This document shows positions 45,714 to 55,161 of a stretch of DNA of 64,000 bases, one piece after another. Positions within the stretch are counted from its first letter, which is position 1. Each line of letters opens with the position of its first letter. The stretch spans positions 47,648 to 111,647 of the forward strand of contig JBCNVK010000005.1 of assembly GCA_039630245.1 (NCBI GenBank), given 5' to 3'. The notes under the pieces were generated by a model, which saw nothing but the letters and a program-made list of their open reading frames with translations, searched no databases and had not been told where the DNA came from. The DNA comes from Bacteroidia bacterium (GTDB lineage: Bacteria > Bacteroidota > Bacteroidia > SpSt-205). The position numbers and the translations under genes are program-made.

Positions 45714-47425
45714 TGCCTATGAATTGGCCGAAACTATATCTACAAATGCGCATGGGGCTAGAGCTGACGGAGGCTAATCGGGAGCTGGTGGAAAGCGCGG
45801 TAAGCAAGTATCCCTTTTTTGCGATGGGTCGGATGATGCTGGCTAAGGTGGCGACAAAGCTGGGAGATGCTCAAGCTCAGCCCCTGCGATTTTTAGCCTC
45901 TCTCTATGCCCCTTCACGGCCGCACTATGCGTTTTTCTTAGAAGAGAAGCTCCGACCTAAAGTTGCACCGCCTCCTCGCCTTCAAGGCCCTACGGGACGA
46001 GAAGCCGAGACACCTTCAACCTCTACGAAGAGCCCCAGCGATGAATCCCCTGCCAGTCAAGAGGAACCTAATGAAGGGGCAATGGCCTATTCCCCCGCCT
46101 TTTGGCCGCCGCTTCAAGGGCGGCTGGCTGCCCGCCTGACGCTTTATAAAAACCTTTCCACGCGGCTTTTTGAGCAGCTGACCTTTCCTACTCCTTCCCT
46201 TCTTCCCTCTGAAGCTGCCCTTTCGTCGGGGGTAGAGGCCGTTCAACCCTTGCCTTTGGGCCCTCCTCAGGAGGCAAGCGAAGCAAAACTGGAAGAACAT
46301 CTCGAAGACACTCAAGCGCCCCCTACAGCGTTTGAAGAAGTAGTCAAACCTGTTCTCAAGGCTGTTGATCCTTCCCCATTGCAGCATCAATTGATTTTGC
46401 CCTCGCCCGCTCTATGGCTTCTTCAAGTTGAACCGCCTTTAGCCAAAGGGCGCTCCCCTCAGGCCTCCTCAAATGATGTATTGACCTCATCCGATAGCCC
46501 TGTGGTCGTTAGTGCGACGGAGACGGCCCCCTTAGCGGAGCCAGTGCCCCCTCCTCCCGCTGAAAAACCGCTGGAAACTATCCCTATGCCTGATTTGCCT
46601 GCCTCCTCGTTTGCTTCTTCGGCCGAGGCGGAGGGTTCCGCCCCACTGACGGAATCTTCTACCTTGACTTCACCTACTATGGAAGCAGGGTCTCTCTCCT
46701 TCTTTCATAGGGCCTACCAGCCCTTGGAGGACCCTAAAGCTTCTATCCACCTACCTACTCATACGCCCCCAGAAGCGTCTGAACCCCCTAAGCCTGATGA
46801 GGGGGATATATCGTTTGTAAGCGAGTCGCCTATCCGTACGCTTACCGTACCCTTCGATATAGATGTTTCGGCTTCTATTCATCTGCCTATACCTGAGCCA
46901 AGCGAAGAGCCTTCCCCCCCTCCTGCCTCTACCACTTTATCTTCTCCAGAAGCGCCCCCATCCGCTCCTTCCGTCTCAATTCCCAAAAAGTGGCAATCCT
47001 TTCTCCAAGAGTTCCAGGAGCAGTCTTTCCTCTCGGAGGTAGGTCCCAGCCCCGTCTCTAAAGAGCTGGAGAATCTTCGGCGGGAGTTTATCCGTAAGCT
47101 TTTAGCCCAGCGCATCATTCAGCCGGTATTTTCGGAAAAGGAGAGCCGTTCGAACCTTATAGATCAGCTCATTGAGCGGCTTCAATCGTTTCCTAAATCC
47201 CCGCCGGTGGAGCGCGAGTTGGGCGAGCTTACGGTGCCGGTGTGGGAAGCGCCAGCCGCTGAACCTAAAGCCTATACTGAGACTATGGCGCGGCTTTATT
47301 GGCGGCAAGGCGATACGGCACGCGCCATCCAGGTATATGAACGCCTTATGGAGCGTCATCCCGAAAAGGCGGATTTCTACCAGGCGCAAATTGCGCGCAT
47401 CCGGGCGGGTGAGCCGCCACCCTGA
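45707..47425 (+). CDS. Pro/Ser/Glu-rich low-complexity protein with a folded N-terminal domain and a C-terminal TPR-like helical domain
   Basis: About 400 residues are of biased composition: PPPA, PSE and SSAEAEG repeats. The start overlaps the upstream stop. Confidence 0.4.
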   Translation: MVVPMNWPKLYLQMRMGLELTEANRELVESAVSKYPFFAMGRMMLAKVATKLGDAQAQPLRFLASLYAPSRPHYAFFLEEKLRPKVAPPPRLQGPTGREAETPSTSTKSPSDESPASQEEPNEGAMAYSPAFWPPLQGRLAARLTLYKNLSTRLFEQLTFPTPSLLPSEAALSSGVEAVQPLPLGPPQEASEAKLEEHLEDTQAPPTAFEEVVKPVLKAVDPSPLQHQLILPSPALWLLQVEPPLAKGRSPQASSNDVLTSSDSPVVVSATETAPLAEPVPPPPAEKPLETIPMPDLPASSFASSAEAEGSAPLTESSTLTSPTMEAGSLSFFHRAYQPLEDPKASIHLPTHTPPEASEPPKPDEGDISFVSESPIRTLTVPFDIDVSASIHLPIPEPSEEPSPPPASTTLSSPEAPPSAPSVSIPKKWQSFLQEFQEQSFLSEVGPSPVSKELENLRREFIRKLLAQRIIQPVFSEKESRSNLIDQLIERLQSFPKSPPVERELGELTVPVWEAPAAEPKAYTETMARLYWRQGDTARAIQVYERLMERHPEKADFYQAQIARIRAGEPPP

Positions 47426-47434
47426 GGAAGTCCC

Positions 47435-48100
47435 ATGTGGGACTGGCTTTTTCCCCGTTTGTGCGGCGCTTGCGGGCGGCCTCTCTTAAAGGGTGAGCAC
47501 GGGGCTTGCCTATCTTGCCTGCTAGCTCTGCCCCAAACGTACTTTTGGAGCCACCCGCATAAAAATGCGGCCTACTATCGCTTAGCCCCTCATGTGCCGC
47601 AACTGGTAGGGGCCTTCAGCGGCTTTTGGTATGCCCCCGGCAGTCCCTTGCGGGAGTGGGTACATATGGCTAAATACCAAGGCCGCCCCTACCTTTTGTA
47701 TGAAGCCGCCCATTTCCTGGCTTATTTGGCTCAGCAAGCCCTGCCGCTCAGCGAATTGAAGGGTCTTTTGCCTATCCCTATATCCCCTCAGCGTTTGCGT
47801 CAAAGAGGCTATAATCAGGCCGAATGGGTGGCGCGCGGCCTTCATGACGTATGGAGGCTACCTATTCTTAGCGGCTACTGGCAGCGGCGCGCTGGAGGAG
47901 TATCCCAGCTGTATAAGGTCCGTACCCAACGCTGGACCACCCTTCAAGGAGAATTTGTATGTCGGCGGCCAATCCCCTCCCCAGTAGTGGTAGTAGATGA
48001 TGTGCTTACCACGGGGGCGACTTTAGCTGCGGCGATTGCGGCCCTTCCCGCTTCGGTGCAGGTGTGGGTAGTTACCGTGGGAATTACTCGCCCGCGCTGA
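47435..48100 (+). CDS. comF: ComF-family phosphoribosyltransferase-like protein
   Basis: N-terminal Cys-rich zinc finger CGACGRP...CLSCL. C-terminal PRTase motif VVVVDDVLTTGATL. Confidence 0.7.
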   Translation: MWDWLFPRLCGACGRPLLKGEHGACLSCLLALPQTYFWSHPHKNAAYYRLAPHVPQLVGAFSGFWYAPGSPLREWVHMAKYQGRPYLLYEAAHFLAYLAQQALPLSELKGLLPIPISPQRLRQRGYNQAEWVARGLHDVWRLPILSGYWQRRAGGVSQLYKVRTQRWTTLQGEFVCRRPIPSPVVVVDDVLTTGATLAAAIAALPASVQVWVVTVGITRPR

Positions 48101-51100
48101 CTAAAGAGCGTCGGCGACGCCGCTCTGGTAAAAAGAACCCTTTTCGTAGGCGGATGCCAGCGCCTTGGCTGGTGGCTCCGACCGCCCCCCATAGGAAAGT
48201 CTGCCGGCTAAACCCCTCCACCTCCAATTGCCAGTCTGTGGGCTCGCTAAAACGGCGCGGTAAAAGGCGGTAGCGCGCCGAGAGGTTACCTAAGGTAGGA
48301 TTATTGCTGCCAGGCCCTACCAGTATCCCATCACGCTCTATAGTAAGCCGCTGGCCCAAGTTGAGACGCAGTTGGGCTAGCAGTTCATTCCGCTGACCTA
48401 CACTAAACGATACCCCTACTTCATTGCCCAGCGTCTGCCCTACCCAGCCAGCTAACTGAGCGGAGAGAAACTCTGCCAGTGTAGAACTTACACCTGAGCG
48501 TACCTGCCGTGAGCCAAATCCTTGCTCCATGGGTACAAAAGTGCCCAGCATGAGAAGGGCAAATACCTGCCTATTACGCTCCTGCTCGTCATTCCTAAGC
48601 CGCTGTAAAAATAGATTGACTAGGGGTGTCGCGCTGCCGCCCAGCGAGGGAATATCAATGGTAAAGTTCATGAGAGGTGCTAATAGAGTGCCCCGCACCA
48701 AGACGCGCAGTTCTACAGGGACAGTTTGGAAAAAAGCGGTGTCAATCTGTTGAAGGTTTGTGGAGGCGCGATAAAGGGCGGTGAGGTGAAGCCGACCGCT
48801 ATAGAGGTCCCCATCCCAGCTGATGGTGCCCCCAGGCTCTAATACCAATCGCTTGGAAGCTACGCCTTGGAGATTAATGCGGTATTCGCCGCGCTGGATT
48901 TCATAGGAGCCCGCTAGATTGATTTTACCTTCCCTATCTATGCGCAAGAAGAGGTCGGCTGAACCTTGCGCAGCTATCTCATCGCCTGTACGCTCATCAA
49001 AAATGATCCTAAACTGTGTGCGTGGCACTGAGGTGATATGAAGATGAAGGTCCAGACCAGTAGGGGCAATAACCTGCCGGAGACTCTCGGGCTGGGTAGG
49101 CCCGACGAATCGCACATGATGCGCACTACTGCTGCGCTGGTAGGTGTGTAGGGGCATATGCAGTTCGGTGCCTTCGCCAAATCGCACATATCCTTCCAGT
49201 TGCGGGGTGTGCCAGAGGCCCTTGATCCTGAGAGAGCCCTCTTCTAATTCAGCACGGCCGTACAAATAGGCGTCCGAAGAAGGTGAAATAACCGCTAAAA
49301 GAAAACGGGGATCAGTGATCTTTATTTCTAAATTTAGGTGAGGCTCAAAGCCCTCTTGTAAAATAATGCTACCATCCACATGAGCCCGGTGAAATTGACT
49401 CTCTCGCAGTTCCAAACTTCGGAATATTATGCTATCATTGCGTAAAAGGAGAAAGCCTTCCACTGCATACACCATGCGAGTGAAGGGCAGGTAAAAGCTA
49501 AGATTATCGCAAAGGATTTCACCCCGGACATGAGGCTTTGTTGGCTTTCCCGATATGGCCAAATAGCGTGATTGAAAACTGCCACGTAAATTGAGGATAT
49601 GTTCCCTTAGAAAAGGGCTAAGCCAGCGTGCTGGTAGGTAAAACTTGCGCAGCTCTACATACATAGGTGCAGCGGTATCCTGCCAGTTGTACCGCCCGCG
49701 AAATTGAAGGTAAGTGTTGTTGAGCTCTTGGACGACTCCTTGAAATTGCAGCGCCTTTTCGGCAAGCTTTCCTGTAAGGCGGATAGGCGGGTAAGCAAAG
49801 CCGGCGTAGTGCAGCGCCTCCATATCTACCCAAAAGCTGGCTTCCTCTTGGCCTTCCCAGCCTAAAGAGAGGCGGCCTTCTAAAGGCACCTCCTTACCTA
49901 GGCTGGTTAAGACGGGGCTGATAGGTAGCTGATGAACTTTTAGAGTGAGCCCTTCTGGCCCCTGCCTAAATCCTAGGCTACTTTCGCGGCTCTGAGCCTC
50001 CAAGAGAGACGCTATAGGTAAGCCTTGACTAATATCAAATTCTATCATGCTGCCTTGGCGAAAGGTCCATAGCTGATGCCCTAGGTAGAAATGCGAACGC
50101 AGAGTGTCTAACTGAATCTGCACTAGGGGGCTTGCGCCGGCACGCTGCCAACTTAGGGCTAAGAAAAAGGTATCCTGCATCGCCCCTACAATGCTGTAGA
50201 GATTCAAAAGACCTGACTGAGATGTGGATTGGCTTTGAAGCACAAGCGAGTGCCATTTTAGGTAAGTGGAACCCTCTTGGGCCTCAGCATGAATGTAGAG
50301 GGAGTCTGCGTACTTTCGTAGGGTTAGCCTGCCGTGGGCTAGGTAAAGATCCTGCCACTTCAAGGTATCCCAGCTTATGGCGCACTCCGCATGCGCCTCA
50401 TCTATCTCTAGGCAACCCAAGGCGCCTCTCAATTCTACTTGGGCGGGCAGGCCTAGTAGCCAAAGCCAAACGGGATTATCCAGCACGAGTTCACCCGAAA
50501 GGCGCCAGGTGGGTGACCCTAAGGCAAGGGGAAAAAGGCCTTCGGCTTGCCAGATTTCCCAGCGCCGTCCCCAGTTTTGGAGGCCTTCCAGCCAATCGCC
50601 TTCGCTCTGCATAGCTAAGCTGAGCCCCGGTCCCCGCAGGCGGTAGTAGCAGCCATTCTGAAGGTAGACCTCCACCTGGTTCAGAAAGTAGGTGTGGTTC
50701 TCTCTAAGCCAAGAGAGGTTGGGAAGAATGAGGTTGGCCCAGCCTTTGGTCCAGGGGAGGCCAGCGCCGCTCACAATAAAAGTGCCCGTGCAGGTACCTG
50801 ACGCACCCCACAGTTCGGCACTCAGCCCGTCAAACCATCCACTACCCTGATAAAAGCTACCCTCGTGAAGGGGTAGTCGCCCGCTGTAGAAAAACGTACC
50901 ATAGGGCGTTTCGGCTTGCCAAGTGCCCTGAGCGTTGCCAGCTTCAAGATTAAGGTGGCCGGCTATTTGGACTCGGCCACCTTGGGGTAAGCGGCCGTGT
51001 AGCTCAGCTTGCAGAAGGCCCCTAAGCTGGGCTAGGTCAAAGCCTTTAGCTTCTAAATGCGCTTCCCCCCACAGCTCACTCAGGGGTAAGGTGAGTCCCC

Positions 51101-52400
51101 ATCGCTGGGCTTCCCAATTCCTAAAGCTTACCTTCAGTAGGTAGGACCAATCATCGGTTTTCTGAAGCTTGCCCGTAGCCTGAAGCTCTGGGGCGTATGC
51201 GGTAAAGGTATATTGCTGCTGGTGTAGCCACCCTGCATGTTCAGCTTGAAGCCTAAGGGGCAGGTGAGTATGTATGCCTTTAGGTAAGCCGATCAGGGGC
51301 AAAGTGCGGTAAATACCTTCCCAGGACACGAAGGCATCGTGCAGCCGCACCTGCCAGCGCATCTTTTCCGGGCGAGCGTAATGGATAATCTCTCCTTCAG
51401 CCACTAGGTATTCGCACGCATCTAATTCAATGCGGAGCCGTGTAGCCTTTATACGGTAAAGGTCGCCAGTAGCCTGCAGGTCTATGGTCCATTGACTCTG
51501 AAGGGGAAGGGCCGTCCCAGCGAAAGCGGCCACATCAGCCCAGCCCAAGGTACCCCACAAATGGGCTTGAAAGAATTTAGTTTCAGTATTCCGAAAAAGC
51601 TTGTCTAGGCCTTCATGGGTAAAAGTGCCTCTACCGTGAAGTTCGCTGTGCGGTAGGCGAACATGCAAGTAGGGGATGAGAGTCTTATTTGGGAAGGCCT
51701 TCAGTACTAGACTAATGTGGTGGATGGGTAGGCTTGCGTAGGCCTCCTTGCCAGTGAGTTTGTGAATGGCAGCCCATACCTTCCCTCCAGTGCTTAGCTC
51801 AAGGCTGCTCTCTAAAAAAAGGCTGTCCAGCCATAGGTCCGCGTAATTGAGGTAGCCAACCTCATGGGTGAAGGGATAGGCCGTGGAATCCACCCAACGG
51901 AAGGTGCCATTTTTTAGGGAGAGGCGTCGTAAGCTGAGCCACCAGCGCTTTGGCCCTTCGGTGGAAGCGGAGGTATCCTTAGGAAAAAGTCGGTCTACAT
52001 TTGTGAGGCCACTGTGGCGCTCCTTGTAGATGAATACGCTGGGGGCTTCCAGATCCACGTAGGATACGGGAAAGTACTGGCGCCCATTCCAGAAGCCCTC
52101 CCAAAAGGCATAAGGAACCCACTGCAGCCGCAAGGAGCGGGCCCGAATAAAGGGCTGGCAAGCCCGATCATAAAGAATAAAATGCTCTGCTTCTACCTCG
52201 GCTAGGCCGCGCAGGCGTAAAGCCCCCAGCTCTACCTCAGTTTGGAGGGCATTACTAAGCACCGTAACAAGAAGCCTACGCAGGGTCGCTTGGCCGGAAG
52301 GAGTAGCCAAAATAAGCTGAAGCCCAATCACCCCTATTCCCCCGAGAACTAATAGGGTAAGAAAAAGATAACCGAACCAGCGGCTTGTGCGTTTAGCTCG
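48084..52400 (-). CDS. tamB: Translocation and assembly module protein TamB (DUF490 family)
   Basis: N-terminal signal-anchor WFGYLFLTLLVLGGIGVIG, a very long beta-rich body and a C-terminal DUF490-like region. The 5' end is uncertain: the frame runs into tRNA-Leu and no canonical start follows the tRNA. Confidence 0.7.
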   Translation of the reverse strand, partial: RAKRTSRWFGYLFLTLLVLGGIGVIGLQLILATPSGQATLRRLLVTVLSNALQTEVELGALRLRGLAEVEAEHFILYDRACQPFIRARSLRLQWVPYAFWEGFWNGRQYFPVSYVDLEAPSVFIYKERHSGLTNVDRLFPKDTSASTEGPKRWWLSLRRLSLKNGTFRWVDSTAYPFTHEVGYLNYADLWLDSLFLESSLELSTGGKVWAAIHKLTGKEAYASLPIHHISLVLKAFPNKTLIPYLHVRLPHSELHGRGTFTHEGLDKLFRNTETKFFQAHLWGTLGWADVAAFAGTALPLQSQWTIDLQATGDLYRIKATRLRIELDACEYLVAEGEIIHYARPEKMRWQVRLHDAFVSWEGIYRTLPLIGLPKGIHTHLPLRLQAEHAGWLHQQQYTFTAYAPELQATGKLQKTDDWSYLLKVSFRNWEAQRWGLTLPLSELWGEAHLEAKGFDLAQLRGLLQAELHGRLPQGGRVQIAGHLNLEAGNAQGTWQAETPYGTFFYSGRLPLHEGSFYQGSGWFDGLSAELWGASGTCTGTFIVSGAGLPWTKGWANLILPNLSWLRENHTYFLNQVEVYLQNGCYYRLRGPGLSLAMQSEGDWLEGLQNWGRRWEIWQAEGLFPLALGSPTWRLSGELVLDNPVWLWLLGLPAQVELRGALGCLEIDEAHAECAISWDTLKWQDLYLAHGRLTLRKYADSLYIHAEAQEGSTYLKWHSLVLQSQSTSQSGLLNLYSIVGAMQDTFFLALSWQRAGASPLVQIQLDTLRSHFYLGHQLWTFRQGSMIEFDISQGLPIASLLEAQSRESSLGFRQGPEGLTLKVHQLPISPVLTSLGKEVPLEGRLSLGWEGQEEASFWVDMEALHYAGFAYPPIRLTGKLAEKALQFQGVVQELNNTYLQFRGRYNWQDTAAPMYVELRKFYLPARWLSPFLREHILNLRGSFQSRYLAISGKPTKPHVRGEILCDNLSFYLPFTRMVYAVEGFLLLRNDSIIFRSLELRESQFHRAHVDGSIILQEGFEPHLNLEIKITDPRFLLAVISPSSDAYLYGRAELEEGSLRIKGLWHTPQLEGYVRFGEGTELHMPLHTYQRSSSAHHVRFVGPTQPESLRQVIAPTGLDLHLHITSVPRTQFRIIFDERTGDEIAAQGSADLFLRIDREGKINLAGSYEIQRGEYRINLQGVASKRLVLEPGGTISWDGDLYSGRLHLTALYRASTNLQQIDTAFFQTVPVELRVLVRGTLLAPLMNFTIDIPSLGGSATPLVNLFLQRLRNDEQERNRQVFALLMLGTFVPMEQGFGSRQVRSGVSSTLAEFLSAQLAGWVGQTLGNEVGVSFSVGQRNELLAQLRLNLGQRLTIERDGILVGPGSNNPTLGNLSARYRLLPRRFSEPTDWQLEVEGFSRQTFLWGAVGATSQGAGIRLRKGFFLPERRRRRSLVSAGE

Positions 52401-52484
52401 TGCCCAGAGCCGGACTCGAACCGGCACGGAGTTACCTCCACCAGTTTTTGAGACTGGCGCGTCTACCTGTTCCGCCATCTGGGC
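52401..52484 (-). tRNA. tRNA-Leu (anticodon CAA), type II
   Basis: The reverse complement is GCCCAGATGGCGGAACAGGTAGACGCGCCAGTCTCAAAAACTGGTGGAGGTAACTCCGTGCCGGTTCGAGTCCGGCTCTGGGCA. The anticodon loop is CTCAAAA, and there is a long variable arm. Confidence 0.85.
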
Positions 52485-52490
52485 TTCCTA

Positions 52491-52498
52491 CAAAGGTA
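52491..52498 (-). promoter_or_regulatory. -7 box TACCTTTG on the minus strand, 6 nt upstream of the tRNA-Leu 5' end
   Basis: Matches TAnnTTTG. It is back-to-back with the box at 52504-52511. Confidence 0.45.
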
Positions 52499-52503
52499 GA
52501 AAT

Positions 52504-52511
52504 TATGTTTG
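52504..52511 (+). promoter_or_regulatory. -7 box TATGTTTG, 9 nt upstream of the ATG at 52521
   Basis: Matches TAnnTTTG. Confidence 0.4.
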
Positions 52512-52520
52512 CAAATTGGT

Positions 52521-52889
52521 ATGCGGCTTTTGGTAGGGGCAGTAGCGGTGGGCTTACTGCTAGCCTTCCTTGTGTTACGGCTAGGGGAGGAAGTAACGAT
52601 TTATACAGACTTTCGCACGGCTCAAACTAACCCGCATCGCACTTATCACGTCATAGCCCAGTGGGTACAACGGGAGGCCAGCAGGTATGACCCGCAGGAG
52701 GATGCTTTCTGGTTTTGGGCCCAGGACAGCTTAGGTACAATCGTGCGCGTACGCTATCCCGATCCGAAGCCGGTCAATTTTGAAGCCGCCCAAAAAGTCG
52801 TACTTATTGGGCGTTATGCGGATAGCGTATTCTTAGCCGAAAAGATTCTTATGAAGTGTCCTTCTAAGTACAAAGCGGAGGGGCGGTGA
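52521..52889 (+). CDS. Membrane-anchored CcmE-like (OB-fold) protein, ending in KCPSKY. No heme-binding His or HDE motif is evident.
   Basis: N-terminal TM LLVGAVAVGLLLAFLVL. The OB-like body and the C-terminal ILMKCPSKY resemble Bacteroidetes CcmE-domain proteins. Confidence 0.4.
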   Translation: MRLLVGAVAVGLLLAFLVLRLGEEVTIYTDFRTAQTNPHRTYHVIAQWVQREASRYDPQEDAFWFWAQDSLGTIVRVRYPDPKPVNFEAAQKVVLIGRYADSVFLAEKILMKCPSKYKAEGR

Positions 52890-52920
52890 GGTTAGATAGC
52901 CCTCTGGCTGGGAGGGGACG

Positions 52921-53196
52921 CTATTCAATCCTAAAACCTTCCTCGGCGCGCAAAGGGAGGTCGCGCTGAACTTCTACCCTTTCTACGCGGGCCGCGGGGG
53001 AGCCGCGATGGGCCCACTGGACAAAGCGTTCCAGATCCTCCACGGGGCCTTGCACCTCAGCTGTAACGGAGCCATCTAACTCATTTCGCACTAGCCCTGT
53101 AAGGCCTAAGGCCTGAGCAGTCATTTGGGCATATTTGCGGAAGAAGACGCCTTGCACCTTACCAAAGACCCGAACCCGCCACCGGGCCTTTGTCAT
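52921..53196 (-). CDS. acyP: Acylphosphatase
   Basis: VFGKVQGVFFRKYAQ...GLVRNELDGSV is the acylphosphatase signature. 91 aa. Confidence 0.85.
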   Translation of the reverse strand: MTKARWRVRVFGKVQGVFFRKYAQMTAQALGLTGLVRNELDGSVTAEVQGPVEDLERFVQWAHRGSPAARVERVEVQRDLPLRAEEGFRIE

Positions 53197-53206
53197 AAAA
53201 GGGCCT

Positions 53207-54385
53207 TTAGTTTAGGCGCTCAAAGATACCAGCTATGCCTTGGCCACCTCCCACGCAAGCCGTTACTAAGCCATATTTCTGATTGCGTCGCCGCAGTTCA
53301 TTTAGGATTTGTACGGTGAGCTTAGCGCCCGTACAGCCGAGCGGATGGCCTAACGCAATAGCCCCCCCATTGACATTTACCTTATCCAGTGGCAGCTCGG
53401 CTAGCTTGATTACGGCTAAGGATTGGGCGGCGAAGGCTTCATTTAGCTCGATAAGGTCTATATCGGCTAAGGAGAGTCCGGCGCGCCGTAGGGCCTTTGG
53501 TATGGCCTCTACAGGACCTATCCCCATAAGGCGCGGCTCTACGCCAGCCACGGCATAGCCGCGCAATACAGCTAAGGGCTTGAGGTTATGCCGTTTAAGG
53601 AAAGCCTCACTCACAACTAAAACAAACGCTGCGCCATCCGAAGTTTGAGAAGCATTGCCAGCCGTTACCTGACCATTAGCGGCAAAAACTGGCTTGAGCT
53701 TCGCTAAGGCTTCCAAGCTGGTATCTGCGCGCGGCCCTTCATCCGTATCGTGAATAAAGCGGCGCACCTGCCTTTTGCCATTCTCTACAATTACTTCTTC
53801 TACTTCAAGCGGCACGATCTCCTCCCGAAACTTGCCAGCGGCTATAGCGGCGAGCGCATTCTGGTGAGAGCGTAAAGCGAAGGCATCCGCCTCCGCCCGC
53901 GTAATCTGGTACGTACGGGCTACTTCCTCAGCAGTCATGCCCATATTGTAGTACCAGTCGGGCGCATGCAGGGCATAGTTGTAGTTGGGTGCGATCTTAA
54001 AGCCTCCCATAGGCACTAGGGACATCGTCTCAGTACCTCCTGCTATAATCGCCTCGGCATCACCCGTGCGGATTTTAGAAACAGCCATGGCTATGGCTTC
54101 CAGACCTGAAGCGCAGTAGCGATTGATAGTAACAGCGGGCACCTCTTTACCTAAGGCCTTCAGGGCGATGTAGCGGCCCATATTGAGCCCTTGCTCGGCT
54201 TCGGGAATAGCATTGCCGCAGATGAGGTCATCTATCTCTTGGGTGAAGTTTATTTGGGGGAAGTCGGCGCGCAGCTTCTCAATCACCGCTACGGCCATAT
54301 CGTCGGGTCGTACGGTTCGTAACCTACCGCGCGGCGCCTTTCCCACAGCGGTGCGGTAACCGGCTACTAAGTAGGCTTCCTGCAT
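53207..54385 (-). CDS. Acetyl-CoA C-acetyltransferase (thiolase II)
   Basis: [11 protein letters not shown] (Cys), and C-terminal [16 protein letters not shown]. Confidence 0.85.
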   Translation of the reverse strand: MQEAYLVAGYRTAVGKAPRGRLRTVRPDDMAVAVIEKLRADFPQINFTQEIDDLICGNAIPEAEQGLNMGRYIALKALGKEVPAVTINRYCASGLEAIAMAVSKIRTGDAEAIIAGGTETMSLVPMGGFKIAPNYNYALHAPDWYYNMGMTAEEVARTYQITRAEADAFALRSHQNALAAIAAGKFREEIVPLEVEEVIVENGKRQVRRFIHDTDEGPRADTSLEALAKLKPVFAANGQVTAGNASQTSDGAAFVLVVSEAFLKRHNLKPLAVLRGYAVAGVEPRLMGIGPVEAIPKALRRAGLSLADIDLIELNEAFAAQSLAVIKLAELPLDKVNVNGGAIALGHPLGCTGAKLTVQILNELRRRNQKYGLVTACVGGGQGIAGIFERLN

Positions 54386-54399
54386 GAAGCAAAAATAGT

Positions 54400-55083
54400 T
54401 TATCTGGGGGGTTGACGCAGGGCTTGTGGAGGAAGGTGGGCAGGGTCGGCTAAATAAAATCGCTCTGTCTCAGGGAGAATCTCCAGCCGCAGGACACCAA
54501 TAAGGGTGTATTTGATAAGGATGCGTTCAGCCTTCCAGCCTTCTTTAGGGCCTAGGAGCTGGCGGAAGGTAGTGGCCTCAATAAACGGATGCGTCTGGAG
54601 GTACCTAAAGAGCTGGGCTTCGGCCTGGCGAAAAAATATATGCTGGGGCTGGCGGGCTGCTAGCCAGAGCCGCTCTAAGAGCCGGCCAGCCAGACGCGTT
54701 TTGTCCCCTGCACGCACATACGCCCGCCGAATTCCCCCTTCCTCCAGCACATATACAGGCCGCTTGTCAGGGTGCGCCGCCACTTGAATTTCCAACACGT
54801 ATTTCTCCTCGCAGTTATACACTAAGCTTTCAAAGGGAATAGGCGGGGAGAGGTAGCGGTGGGCCGCTAATTCTACCATGTAAAACTCCTGTTCGGGGTC
54901 TATACCAGCGATGCGTCCATTGTCTTTCACACCAATGAGGAGGCTTCCGCCTGCTGTATTAGCGAAAGCCGAGAGGGTTCGGGCAATCTTGCGGGCACTT
55001 TCTATACGCTGCTTGAAATCTAGGTGCAACCCTTCCCCTTCTGCAATGCGGCTCAGAAGGGAAAGCAGCGCGCGCCCCTCCAT
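54400..55083 (-). CDS. AlbA_2 / divergent-AAA (Schlafen-like) DNA-binding domain protein with a C-terminal wHTH
   Basis: LHLDFKQ...AFANTAGGSLLIGVKDNGRIAGI is the AlbA_2 signature. Confidence 0.6.
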   Translation of the reverse strand: MEGRALLSLLSRIAEGEGLHLDFKQRIESARKIARTLSAFANTAGGSLLIGVKDNGRIAGIDPEQEFYMVELAAHRYLSPPIPFESLVYNCEEKYVLEIQVAAHPDKRPVYVLEEGGIRRAYVRAGDKTRLAGRLLERLWLAARQPQHIFFRQAEAQLFRYLQTHPFIEATTFRQLLGPKEGWKAERILIKYTLIGVLRLEILPETERFYLADPAHLPPQALRQPPR

Positions 55084-55161
55084 TGTGGCCTTGCAAAATA
55101 ATAAATTTGGGTCTAAAGTTCCCTTAGGTATGGCGCTAAGGTTTTAGCGTATTTTGAGGGC

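Noticed and set aside
46016-47389. Antisense ORFs within the Pro-rich gene (46016-46390, 46879-47118, 47102-47389)
   Set aside because: Low-complexity mirror-image frames of the Pro/Ser-rich sense strand.
48529-51144. Several 60-160-aa ORFs antisense to or embedded in tamB: 48529, 48974, 49618, 50035, 50132, 50377, 50935
   Set aside because: They lie inside a long, well-supported CDS. In high-GC DNA random open frames on the opposite strand are expected, and these carry no motifs.
52400-52630. ORF 52400-52630 (+), and the first 26 codons of the tamB ORF
   Set aside because: They overlap tRNA-Leu, so they are artifacts of ORF calling across a tRNA.
52897-52916. Short inverted repeat CCCTC-N7-GAGGG between the convergent ccmE-like and acyP genes
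   Set aside because: Only a 5-bp stem with no flanking T-run on either strand, which is too weak to call a terminator.
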